The notes: generated by a model from the sequence alone, not told the origin. DNA of 64,000 nt from Octopus bimaculoides (GCF_001194135.2 NC_068984.1:60301634-60365633); one strand, 5' to 3'. Positions 39,862-51,894 are shown, counted from the stretch's first letter. Program-made: numbers and translations.

Positions 39862-40429
39862 TTTATGTATCGGTATGTATATATATGTGTGTGTGTATAT
39901 GTATGTGTATCAATGTATGCATGTGTGTGTATATGTATGCATGTATGTATGTATGTATATAATGTAGTCATTTCGTTAAGCCATTAGAATATTTGATAGA
40001 ATGTGTCATGATATTTCAGTATTTGTTCCAGCTCCTTGCCCTTTGCACAGAATGTGTTTGGACTCATGAGGCTTATAAATGAAGGAGCAGCTCCTCTCTC
40101 CCTTTGGATAACATATGGTGTGTATGACTTTGTGGGTATGGTGGTGGTGGTGGTGGTGTGTGTGTGTGTGTGTGTGCAAATTTGCAAACTGTGCTGAACC
40201 ATGGTTACAGATGGTGACATCATTGTTTGTGGCTGGTTTGCAACTGGTGGATGTTTGTTGACATTTTCTGTCATCTAATTATCCATTAGCTGTATCTTTT
40301 CCAGTTCTTCTTAAAAAAAAAAAAATCCCTTTCTCATAAAACAAGTTAGTGTTGGCTACTGGAAGAGCATCTGGCTGTAAAAATACTGTCTCAGTTATCT
40401 CACTTCTAAGCTAGTCTAGCATTGAAAAC

Positions 40430-41070
40430 AAGCCTTGACCATTTGGCATTCAAATCAACCATATCTGGCCCAAATATTCTACGTGGTTTACGTTCAAACA
40501 TGCCAGATCTGGCCTCTCACACCTACCCTACAATGTCATTCTAAAAATAAACAATCGCATCATTGATATCTTGAAGTTATGAGACAATGCAGGATTAATT
40601 TAAAACAATGTGAATGGCACTCATGAAATTGTAATCATGGCCGTTGCCAGTAGCATGATCCTCGAATGTTGGGCCTCACGGAGGTGATGACTAGTGATTG
40701 AGACCTTTGGTGATCTGCTATGCTTGTGAAAGACTCATCAAGCCAAGTGAAATAATAGTCATGACCATTGCCAGTGTCATGTAAATGATACTTGTGAAAT
40801 CGTAGTTGTGGCTGGTGTCATGGAAATGGTACCCATGCCGGTGCCATCTGAAAAGCTCCCATTACAATCTTGGAGCGGTTGGCATTAGGAAAGGCATCCT
40901 GCCATAGAAACCATGCTAAATCAGACTGAAACCTGATGCAGCCCTCTGGCTTCCTAGTTTCAATCAAACCATCTAACCCATGCCAGCATGGAAAGTGGAC
41001 GTTAAATGATGATGAATGTGAAGAAATAAGCATTACATTTGTAGAGTAATCAGGATGCTAAAGGGTGAAA
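40430..41070. mobile_element. piggyBac-like MITE interrupted by an RTE insertion
   Basis: The left part matches 30640-30800 up to AAAACAATGTGAA. The right part AAATAAGCATTACATTTG...AAAGGGTGAA resumes after the RTE tail. Confidence 0.75.
40615..41015 (+). mobile_element. 5'-truncated RTE LINE
   Basis: ORF end (CTCGAATGTTGGGCCTCACGGAGGTGATGACTAG..GAGACCTTTGG), the 3'UTR and a GATGATGA tail. Confidence 0.8.
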
Positions 41071-41919
41071 CAAAACAAATAAACAACCTCCCTCCGCACA
41101 CACACATACACATACACTTATACATACTTAATGATTTTTGTGTCTTCTTAGATGATAACTATCTTATGTTCAACCTGATTGTTCTGATTTACCTTCATAA
41201 ATGCAAAATGGACCAAGAAATGAAATGAATTGTGAGGCATCTGTGCATCACTGGATTTAACAAATAAAAGTTTGTCTATAACACTTTTGTCACTCTATTG
41301 GTTGTCATAGTAGGTTCCAGTGACAAGTGTTGCAAGATGATAGGAAGTATTTTGACTGCAAGTTCTATCTCAGAGCATCTTTCTCCTAGAAGAGCTGCTT
41401 TCCCCACAGCTTTATGAAAATTAACAGGAGTCTTCTCTACCCATGGGAAATCTATTTAACCCATAGATGGATCTGCCACATGCATACATACTATGTTTTG
41501 TGGCATGGAAGATGCCTTTGGTTTTTTTTTCTTCTTTTTTTTCTTTTTTTGGATAAAAGCAACATTTCTTTGAAATTACCATGCATCTTTCATGATACTG
41601 GCTGAGAAGTTGTTGCTGTGATTTTCTTAGGTTTTTTTCTGAAATCAACCTTCTTATAAAGCCTATTATACCATTACTTGATAAATGCAAGTATTTTCTG
41701 TACTATATAACATGTTCAGAAAATGTTGAACACTTTATTAAATATAGAGAACTTGGAGAGATTGCATAGATAATTGTTTACAAATGCTTGTGTGTCCAAA
41801 TACATGCACAATACCAGCTTAAACTTGTACTGCTGCCTACAATAAATTTACTCAAAGGTATATACAATAATAGTATCAAAATGCCCACTTCTTAGCATAT
41901 CAATGATTAATAGAAAAGG

Positions 41920-42145
41920 ACAAGGCAGTGAGCTTGCAGAAGAGTTAGCACACCAGGCAAAATGCTTAGTGACTTTTCATCTGTCTTTTAAGTACAGAGT
42001 TCAAATTCTGCTGAGGTTGACTTTTGCCTTTCATCCTTTCAAGGTCGATGAAATAAGATACTAGTTGAACTCCAGGGTTGATGTAATTGACTGAGCCCCC
42101 CCCCCCCGAAATTGCTGGCCCTGTGCCAAAATTTGAAACCAATAT
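41920..42145 (+). mobile_element. SINE family B
   Basis: Complete head, body and tail. Confidence 0.85.
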
Positions 42146-43481
42146 GAATAGAATTATGTCTTTATGAATTTGTTTTGCAAGATTCCTGATGTGAAATCAT
42201 GCAGTGAAACATATTGTTATATATATCAGGATGGCCAGTTTTTAAAATTCCTTGCCAAATAAACACATGTACTTTATATTTATTCTTCCCTCATTTATTA
42301 TTGTTCTTATTTTATTTTATGTCCATTGTCTGGAAATTTTTTGTCACGCATCTGTGACCTCTTCAGCATTTCTTCCATCCAACATCTATATGATAAAATA
42401 AGAACAATAATTAATGAGTGAAGAATGAATATATAATGCGTGTGTTTATTTGTCAAGAAATAAAAAGGCCATCTCGAAATACGTCAATAGAATTATAATT
42501 ACTCAGTAAATAAAAAAATTTTCTTAAATACTACTGCAACTACACTGTCATTGCTGCTGTGCTGTTTGCTTTTTAATAGCATTGGTACAAAGTACCATGT
42601 ATATAAAGTTTTGAAAGGTTGGCTTCTTGTCTCAATAAACAGAAATCTTTTGTTTTTTTCTCACTTGAATGTGTAGAACTTTGCTCATTTACTATCTGGC
42701 CTTCACTGGTGTCACAAACCATTTTCAGTCCAGCAAATTATCTCCCTCATCTCTGGCAGGTGTATCAAGAAGGCATAAATATAATTTTGCATTGAAACCT
42801 GAAGTAGTGGAGTATTTTGTTGTCTTTTGGGTGAATCTTTATGCCAATAAAACTGCAGCTAGTGGTTCTGCTTTATTTCTTTTATTATTGTTATTATTAT
42901 TATTATTATTAGTCAACTAGTTAATCATTTGACAAGACAACTAACTAATCACTTTGTTAATCATGCAAACCAGTGTGTGTGTGTTTATTATTGGGATAAT
43001 GACCCTCTTGGGACACAACCAAGTCTGTTCAACATGCATTTTCACATCAAGAATCTTGCAGACTAAATCCAAAGGCAAAATATTGTAACACTGTATGTCC
43101 ATTGTCTGGTGATTTCATTTAACAGGTATGAGCACTCTGTTGGTTTATCTGGTTTTGCCTGATTGCCTGCTAATTTTGTTTTATGACAGATATTTAGCCT
43201 CAGTCCACCTAGCCCTCCTGGGACATCTGGATGGAACTGTAGTGGAAAGTCTAAATAATTGTTTTGTTTTTGGAGAATTACATTTTCAAAACCAGGATGT
43301 ATCTTCCATAATGTAGCATCTATCATGCTGCAAAATACAATAATACACTCATGCATACACACATGCACACACGCACGCACGCACACGTGTGTGTGTATAT
43401 GTAGTATATATGTGTGTACAAGGGTGAATAATTGTTGTATGTTCCCATTTAACCGAAACACTCAATACATAATGTGTAGTT

Positions 43482-43569
<88 letters not shown>

Positions 43570-43591
43570 TACTACTACTACTACTACTATC

Positions 43592-45430
43592 AATATCTGG
43601 CAGCTGTTGTCATCACACCTGGTTTCGGTCTGGGTTTTTCATAGTTGGATCACTGCCATGTACAGTGACATCTGCTCGGTAGTCTGGGTGAATGGTCACC
43701 TATCAGAACCATTCAACATCGTGTGTTTGGTCCATCAATGGTGCCCACTCTTGTCCATTTTGTATGTACTAACCCTTGAGCCATTACTTCGGAAACTGGA
43801 GTTGTTGAGAGGCATCTTGCGTGAACTAAGATGTGGGAGAGTTGTGTTGGCATATGCAGACGATGTCACCATCATAGTGATGGATGATGAGCACATAGAC
43901 CTGGTCAGCTCTACTGTGAAAGAATACGAGGAAGTAACAGGAGATACAGATTAATCTGGTAAAGTCAGTGAACCTGCAGCTTGGCACCTGGAGAGGCAGA
44001 TACATGCTGACTGACAGCATTGTAGGACATTGGACGGTTGGGCCTGTAAAATTGTTTGGGGTCTGGTTCGGACTGGATCTCCAACTGGAGAAGAACTGGA
44101 GTGAGGTGATAAGCAGGGTAGCCATTCTCACCCAAAAAATGGGCCGAGAGGAAGCTATTCTTGAAAGGTCAGGCAGAGCTGATGAACACATATATTGCTT
44201 CAGTCTTTTACTACTGACTCACTGTTGTGCCTTGCTCCAATTTGTACCTAGTCAAGCTGGAGTATTTGCTTTTCTGCTTCTTGTGGAAATGATGGACTTC
44301 ATTGGTCAGGCACTCCATTTGCTGTCAATACCCTATGAACGGTGGGCTGAGTACGCCATCGCTATTGACGCACAGACAGCACATCCAGTGTTTCCTCAAC
44401 AATGGTGGGTAGGTGTGGTTACCATTTGTCAGACTTGTTTTTCCATAGCTTGTCTCTTTGAGTGAGCTACAATCTTGGATCAAACAGAGACCAATGTTGG
44501 GTGTCTGGCACCTTGAGTATCACCAGATGCTCATGCTTAGCCAGTCGTGCAATGTGGTTAGTGGAAGTTCTACTATGGCATTGTATAGAAGGTTAGTGGT
44601 GAAAGGAAATGACAACGTTCTTGGAGAGACTCTAGGTGTTGATGAATTTCAACTCGCCAGTCTGTTCCAGAGGACTTTTGGGCTGGGATAACTTCCAGAA
44701 ATCCATTGCCTGGCAGTGCTACAGGAGATTTTTGCCTGTTTGAGATAAACTCTACAGGCATGGAAGTGCTGTCAGTTGGACCTGCCTGAGATGTGCGCAG
44801 TGATGAAACCTGAGCATATCTGATATATGGGTTTATGTTGAACACCTGTTGTCATGTGTAGGATGTGTTTGCTTGTTGGCTGATTCCATCATGAAGATTG
44901 CCCCACTGCCTTACTTTGGCCGGCAAGGGGAGGCAGTTTTCATCTGTATTGTAGCGAAAGAAGTTGTGTGGTGGTCTAGACTGAAAGGGCTGAAGATAAA
45001 TACTTTTCTCTTTGGCCTACCCCTCATTAACTTTTTCAGATACTATCTGAAAAGGAATGTGAGGGTTGAGAGAGAACTGGTGACTTTCAGCAATTTTATT
45101 AAAAGGTGGGTGAATGTCGTGAAGATGGTCTGTGTCAAAGGGCCTACTTTGAGCATGCAGTTTTGAGTTTCCAAGGCTGACAAAGAGAGAAAGAAGGGGA
45201 GAAGGCTGTTGCCCTAGTGGTCATAGCCCTTGTGGATTTTTCGTGGGATCTCTATGAGTAGCCCAGAATTGCTTGCCTCTTTTAGGCATTCTCTTTGTTA
45301 TAGTTTTCATTGTTATTAACTTTTTACACAACACTTTATGTAACCCCACTTTGTTCTTCATGTTTTGTAATGTCCAGTCTTATTTTTGTTGGCCCTTGTG
45401 GCTAATAAAGAAAGGATTATTATTATTATC
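43592..45430 (+). mobile_element. 5'-truncated Tx1/L1-clade LINE, decayed (RT domain to 3' end)
   Basis: VNGHLSEPF...PLLSILYVLTLEPLLRKL...LAYADDVT (RT YADD), VKLFGVWFG, a C-terminal TCLRC..ET.EH zinc knuckle, and terminus GGCCCTTGTGGCTAATAAAGAAAGG followed by (ATT)n. Confidence 0.9.
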
Positions 45431-45849
45431 ATCATTATTCTTATTATTAAACAATAAGAAGAGCGTGACTGTTACTGGTAATAAATAAAGATTGACTCTG
45501 TTTATTAAAATGAAAATGAAATGAATGAACAATATTTTGACACTTCGTGTTAGGAAATGCTGAAACTGAATTTCATTTCAGTGTTTCCTAATTTTGAATG
45601 TTTCGGTGTTTCCTATCTTTGAATTTCACTTCATTTCATATTTCGAATTTTTAAAAGACACACAGAGTGTCGAAATATTGTCCATTCCTTTCATTTTCAT
45701 TTTAATGAACAGAGTCAATCTCTATTTATTATCAATAACAGTTGTGCTCTTCTTATTGTTTCTTTACCTTTGTGAAGAGTAACTTCAATCTTGAAATATT
45801 ATTATTATTATTATTATTCTTATTCTTCTTCTTCTTCTTCTTCTTCTTC

Positions 45850-45886
<37 letters not shown>

Positions 45887-45902
45887 TACTACTACTACTA
45901 CT

Positions 45903-46125
45903 AAGGCAGCAAGCTGGCAGAATTGTTAGTATATTGGGCAAAATGCTTTGCAGCATTTCGTTTGTCCTAGCATTTTGAGTTCAAATTCCACCGAGATTGA
46001 ATTTGCCTTTCATCCTTTTGGGGTTGATAACTTAAATAGCAGTCACACACTGGGGTTAGTGTAATCAACTAGTCTACTCCCCTAAAATTTCAGGCCTTGT
46101 GCCTATAGTAGAAAGGATTGTTGTT
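45903..46125 (+). mobile_element. SINE family B inserted after (ATT)n(ACT)n
   Basis: Full copy with tail GGCCTTGTGCCTATAGTAGAAAGGATT. Confidence 0.9.
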
Positions 46126-46136
46126 ATTATTTTTAT

Positions 46137-46735
46137 TATTGAGTGAGATAGTAATGCATGTCACCAAAGTGACACTGGGGTACAACTATACAAAACCCAG
46201 TATACCCATCATGACTACCCATCTGATAAGGGTCCTCAGACACATGCATCACAACCATATATGCGCAACATGGTGATCTCATATTAAGATAAACAGTGCA
46301 TAACCTTGCAGGTAGGGCCCAGTTAGGATTTTCTTTGAATAACCCATCCCTCTCAAAAGGTCCTTGAATAAAGTTTAAAAATGATGAATGAAATACCCAT
46401 GTTTCCAGGGTTGAATTATTCAAGCCCTAAAGAATTCCTCCCAACAAATGGCTATGATGCCCCCCCCCCCCNNNNNNNNNNNNNNNNNNNNNNNNNNNNN
46501 NNCCCCCCCCGACTACTTTTGCTTGTTATCAGAGATGCACATATCATCAGCCACTAAGGGAGATGCTCAACTGGTTAAGGTCAAACAACTGACAAGCAAA
46601 TCTGTGGCATTGAGCAGAATATTTGCTATAGCCCTTTTTTTATACCAAGACAAAACATGTACATGATAACACTTCCAATCAATTAAAATCAGAAGCCATG
46701 AGAGCCACTCACTGGTACTGCATCAGGGCATTTAT
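46137..46735. mobile_element. About 600-bp non-coding interspersed element flanked by ATT/CAT simple repeats
   Basis: The internal part (CCCTAAAGAAT...GATCAGAGATGCACATAT...GGTTAAGGTCAAACAACTGACAAGCAAATCTGTGG) recurs at about 52940-53113. Confidence 0.7.
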
Positions 46736-46759
46736 CATCATTATATGTTTGGCTTTTGC

Positions 46760-47668
46760 TTTGTGTTTGTACAAATGGACTACAAGTCTCATGCAGATCC
46801 CCCAAGAGATAACAAGTTAGAAGTTCAAGTTGGTATTATGATTAGGGTACCATATTTTTAGCTTCGCATAGGGTATTGTTCTAGAGAGTGTCTGTCAAAA
46901 CAAAAGGAAATTAAATGTTTGCTTTAAAAGTAATTTGATGATAAGATGATAATGTGATCTGAAGATGACAGTTAATGTGTTTGCTATTAAGTACATTTAA
47001 AAGTACTTTTGATAATGTTCTACAATTAAGATGTTTTGGGAATTACACTGACAATATTTTTCTTAGGATATGAGCAGTTCCCATCAGCACTATTTTAAAA
47101 ATATCTTCCATTTTTGGATTTCCTGGTATCTGAGATAGGGAACAATCAACTCCTTTTGCAATCATCCCTAGGGCACTTATGACAACAGGCATTGTTCTAG
47201 TCTTGAGATTCCACATTTTGCCAATTTCTATTTCAAGATCTTTATATTTGCTCATTTTTTGGTAGCTCTTGACTGGGATAGTCATATTGATGAGAAGTCA
47301 TGATTTTTGTCTGAAATCCTTCAGTATAATAGCTGACCTATTTGCATCTATCTTTCTGTCAGTTTGAACAGTAATGATCCAAAGGAATGAGATGTGATCA
47401 TTTTCAAGTACTGAAGTTGATTTGGATTCCCACCAGTTTTTATTATAGGAGAGGTCCAGGTCCTTGCAGATTACCCCATGAATATGATGTTCTGTGCTAT
47501 TGAGATGCCCTTCGAGATACTCTGTGGGCACAAGAAGGCTGCACATACAGACAATATGATCAAAGGTTTCTGCTTGTTGTTTACATACATTGGGCTACTG
47601 CCATTCTTTTATAAGTTGGCCTGGTAGCTTCTTGTAGACAGGCATTGATCTTGGGCTGCTCTGATAAA
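46760..47668 (-). mobile_element. R4/Dong-like (RLE-type) LINE, 5'-truncated
   Basis: GFIRAAQDQCLSTRSYQ, a decayed CCHC region ending CSLLVPTEYL, then ILW/TDRKIDANR..II.KD and KMSKYKDLEIEIGKMW..PVVISALG..IVLMGTAHILRKILS*. Confidence 0.9.
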
Positions 47669-47669
47669 C

Positions 47670-47736
47670 CCTTATTATTATTATCACCACCACCACCACC
47701 ACCACCACCACCACCACCACCATCACCACCACCACC

Positions 47737-47790
<54 letters not shown>
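47670..47790. repeat. (ATT)n-(CAC)n-(CAT)n array
   Basis: Directly visible. Confidence 0.95.
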
Positions 47791-47791
<1 letters not shown>

Positions 47792-48190
47792 AGGTGGTGA
47801 GCTGGCAGAATCATTAGCACACTGGGCAAAATGCTTAGCAGTATTTCGCCTGTTACTTTGTTCTAAGTTCAAACTCTGCCAAGGTTGACTTTGCCTTTCA
47901 TCCTTTTTGGGGGTTGATAAATCAAGTACCAGTGAAACACTGGGGCCAATGTAATCGACTAGCTCCCTCCTCTCAAATTTCAGGCCTTGTGCCTTTAATA
48001 GAAAGAATTATTAAATTTCGTCTGTTGCTACATTCTGGGTTCAAATTCTACTGAGGTTGACTTTGCTTTTCATTCTTGCAAGGTCAATAAATTAAGTACC
48101 AGTGAAACACTGAGGTCAATGTAATCAACTAGTCCCCATCCCCAAGATTTCAGGCCTTGTGCCTTTAGTAGAAAGAATTATTATTATTAC
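47790..48190 (+). mobile_element. Two tandem SINE family B copies (second lacks the 5' start)
   Basis: Both end GGCCTTGTGCCTTTA.TAGAAAGAATTATT. Confidence 0.85.
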
Positions 48191-48527
48191 TAGCAGTAGC
48201 AGCAGCAGCAATAGTGTTTGTTAGTCATTATCATTACTGCTACTGTTGTTATTGCTGTTGTTGCTATTTTATGTTTATTCCTCTTGTAATTTCTATCAGC
48301 TTCTTCTGTTTGGCATTGTCATGACAACAAGACAACAGTGGTTAAGTGAAAAACTAATCATGCTTGTGCCAGTAGACATCATTAGCTATGTAGTGTAATT
48401 CCATGTCCTCCTTCTAAGTTCATATAAATGACCACCACACCCAGCTCTGACTTATGGACTGAATGCCAGCTAATCAGTGATCAATGAACAAACTGTAAAT
48501 AGTTTAGAATAGTTCTTTGAGTGCATT

Positions 48528-48579
<52 letters not shown>

Positions 48580-49342
48580 NNNNNNNNNNNNNNNNNNNNN
48601 NNNNNNNNNNNNNNNNNNNNNNNNNNNNNNNNNNNNNNNNNNNNNNNNNNNNNNNNNNNNNNNNNNNNNNNNNNNNNNNNNNNNNNNNNNNNNNNNNNNN
48701 NNNNNNNNNNNNNNNNNNNNNNNNNNNNNNNNNNNNNNNNNNNNNNNNNNNNNNNNNNNNNNNNNNNNNNNNNNNNNNNNNNNNNNNNNNNNNNNNNNNN
48801 NNNNNNNNNNNNNNNNNNNNNNNNNNNNNNNNNNNNNNNNNNNNNNNNNNNNNNNNNNNNNNNNNNNNNNNNNNNNNNNNNNNNNNNNNNNNNNNNNNNN
48901 NNNNNNNNNNNNNNNNNNNNNNNNNNNNNNNNNNNNNNNNNNNNNNNNNNNNNNNNNNNNNNNNNNNNNNNNNNNNNNNNNNNNNNNNNNNNNNNNNNNN
49001 NNNNNNNNNNNNNNNNNNNNNNNNNNNNNNNNNNNNNNNNNNNNNNNNNNNNNNNNNNNNNNNNNNNNNNNNNNNNNNNNNNNNNNNNNNNNNNNNNNNN
49101 NNNNNNNNNNNNNNNNNNNNNNNNNNNNNNNNNNNNNNNNNNNNNNNNNNNNNNNNNNNNNNNNNNNNNNNNNNNNNNNNNNNNNNNNNNNNNNNNNNNN
49201 NNNNNNNNNNNNNNNNNNNNNNNNNNNNNNNNNNNNNNNNNNNNNNNNNNNNNNNNNNNNNNNNNNNNNNNNNNNNNNNNNNNNNNNNNNNNNNNNNNNN
49301 NNNNNNNNNNNNNNNNNNNNNNNNNNNNNNNNNNNNNNNNNN

Positions 49343-49645
49343 TTTTTTATGTTTTATTTATATTCCTGCAGAACCAATGTGGGGTATAGAATATGGAATA
49401 TACAATATATAATATAATATACAAGATACAATATATACTGAAACTCGAGTCGCCTTTATATATTTATATTTATATATTTATATATTTGATCCTTTATATT
49501 GAACACTCAATATTTCGTCTACATTCAATACTTTCTTTCATGGTGCCATCCATTTTTATTTTATTTTATTTTATATTATATATTGTATATTCCATATTCT
49601 ATACCCCACATTGGTTCTGCAGGAATATAAATAAAACATAAAAAA
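49343..49645. repeat. Perfect 75-bp inverted repeat with a 153-bp spacer, abutting a gap
   Basis: 49343-49417 is the exact reverse complement of 49571-49645. Confidence 0.9.
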
Positions 49646-50181
49646 CAGACAGTGTTGGAACTCTTTTAAACAAAATAATATATATATATATAAGTAGTTA
49701 TTTAAAGCTTGGATATACACCTGTTAGTATACCAATTAAAGCACTTTCACTGTCTATGGGTACCTGATGTCATGTACAGCATTGAAATAACTGCCACTGG
49801 ATCTACCTCAGGAATTTCTCAGTGTTTGTCAAGTATATAACAAATGAGAGAAGCAGAAAATGGAATTAGAAGATTCTTTATTAATGACAGAGATCATTTT
49901 GACCCATTTTGCATTGATTCCTAGTGGGTTAGATGCTATACAACTGGTCATGGTGCATCCTTCTGTGCAGATGTGTCTTCTCAGGTGATGTTTCAAAAAG
50001 TAAGATGCTCAATAAACTCAGTCTCACTTGGTTTGATTGTACAGCATATTGTTATTTGCTTGTAGGTGGCTGGCAATAGGCTTCGTGATTTTGAGGGATC
50101 AATGCAATAAGGGTCAAAGAAATGATCACTGTGATTAATGAAAAATCGTGTGAATTTCATTTTCTATTTCTCTAATTTGTG

Positions 50182-50550
50182 ATCATCATCGTCATTTAAT
50201 GTCTGCTTTCCATGTTGGCATGGGTTGGATGGTTCAATTGAGAACTCGCAAGTTGGGAGGCTGCACCAGGCTGGTTTAGCAAGGTTTCTACAGCTGGATG
50301 CCCTTCCTAATGCCAACCACTCCCAGAGTGTAGTGGGTGCTTTTATGTGCCAGTCAGCTGGCACTAGCATCAGTCACACTCGAATGGTGCTTTTTACATG
50401 CCACTGGAATGGGTGCCAGTCAGGCAGCACTGGCATTGGCCATGCTCGAATGGTGCATTTTACATGCCACTGGTACAGGTGCCAGTCAAGTGGCACTGGC
50501 TTCAGCCACGCTTGAATGGTGCATTTTACATGACACCAGCATGGGTGCCA
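50182..50550 (-). mobile_element. RTE LINE 3'UTR fragment with a 66-bp tandem array
   Basis: Same UTR as 3715-3900, followed by about 3 units of ATGCCACTGG...GAATGGTGCATTTTAC. Confidence 0.85.
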
Positions 50551-50553
50551 GTG

Positions 50554-50585
<32 letters not shown>

Positions 50586-50645
50586 NNNNNNNNNNNNNNN
50601 NNNNNNNNNNNNNNNNNNNNNNNNNNNNNNNTATATATATGTATA

Positions 50646-51245
50646 CAGTGTGCGATGGGTAAATTGTCGCCATTTTATATTTTCAATATCGTGCATGTGC
50701 ATTGTTTTGGATTTTGTCAACTACACAATATAGTAGGGTCAGTTGGGCACCGTCTGTGAGAAAAACACCACCATGATGCAATTCACTCTGTCAAATATTT
50801 GGAAAGGACATGCTGTACTACTTGGCATTTGCGCTGGAAGCTCAAATATGAAAATTTCAGTGTTTGGGTGTCATTCTGAGGACATGAATCGAGAGTGATA
50901 AAATCAAACATCCATTCAACTCATGGTGTTTGGAGTGATCACTAGTGGTGGCGATGTTATGCCTCTATTCATCTTCCCACACAACCTCAGACTCAACACA
51001 GAGGCCTGTGTCAAGTGCCTGGAGGAGATAGTGCTGCCCTGGCCCAAGAGGATAGCTGCTGGAAGATCCTATATTTTGTAACAGGACTTTGTACCATTCC
51101 ACACAAACAGGAGAACCCAGTCATGGCTGTCAAACAATTTCTGTGACCACATCACCCCTAACATCTGGCCACGTAACTCCCCGGACTGCTTGTAACACCA
51201 AAGATGAAATGAAAGCAAGGATTATGACAGCATTCACCAACTTAA
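50646..51245 (+). mobile_element. Internally deleted Tc1/mariner relic, maT (DD37D)-like
   Basis: TA|CAGTGTGCGATGGG terminus. MVFGVITSGGDVMPLFIFPHNLRLNTEACVKCLEEIVLPW...QD..P.HT.RRTQSWLSNNF....WPRNSPDC resembles the maT core. Confidence 0.75.
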
Positions 51246-51279
51246 TCAATATATATATTCTTAATATATATATATTCTT

Positions 51280-51651
51280 TTATTCTTTTATTTGTTTCAG
51301 TCATTTGACTGTGGCCATGTTGGAGTACCATATTTAGTTGAACAAATCAGTATCAAGATTTATTCTTTGTAAGCGTAGTACTTATTCTATCAGTCCCTTT
51401 TGCCAAACTGCTAAGTTACAGAGATGTAAACATGCCAACATTGCTTGTCAAGTGATGATGGGAGGACAAACACAAACACATACACACATACGATGGGCTT
51501 CTTCCAGTTTCTGCCTACCAAATCCACTCACAAGGCTTTGGTTGACCCGAGGCTATAGTAGAAGACACTTACCCAAGGTGCCATGCAGTGGGACTGAACC
51601 CAGGACTATGTGGTTGGTAAGTAAGGTACTTGCCATACAGTCACTCCTACG

Positions 51652-51655
<4 letters not shown>
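51280..51655 (-). mobile_element. SINE family A
   Basis: Complete module order, short internal tract. Confidence 0.85.
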
Positions 51656-51686
<31 letters not shown>

Positions 51687-51894
51687 CCTTGTGGAGTTGA
51701 TGATAAAATAAGCACCAGTCGAACATTTTGTTCTGAGTTAAAATTCCGCTGGGGTCAACTTTGCCATTTATCCTTTCAGGGTCGATAAATTAAGTTTTCT
51801 GGCCTTCTGCCTATTGTAGAAAGGGTTATTATCACCACCACCACCACGATCACCACTGCCGCCACCACTGCCACCAAAAACCACCACCACCATC

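Noticed and set aside
43125-43189. Short canonical-looking intron (GTATGA...CTAAT...ACAG)
   Set aside because: The upstream putative exon has stops in all frames, so no coherent gene model results.
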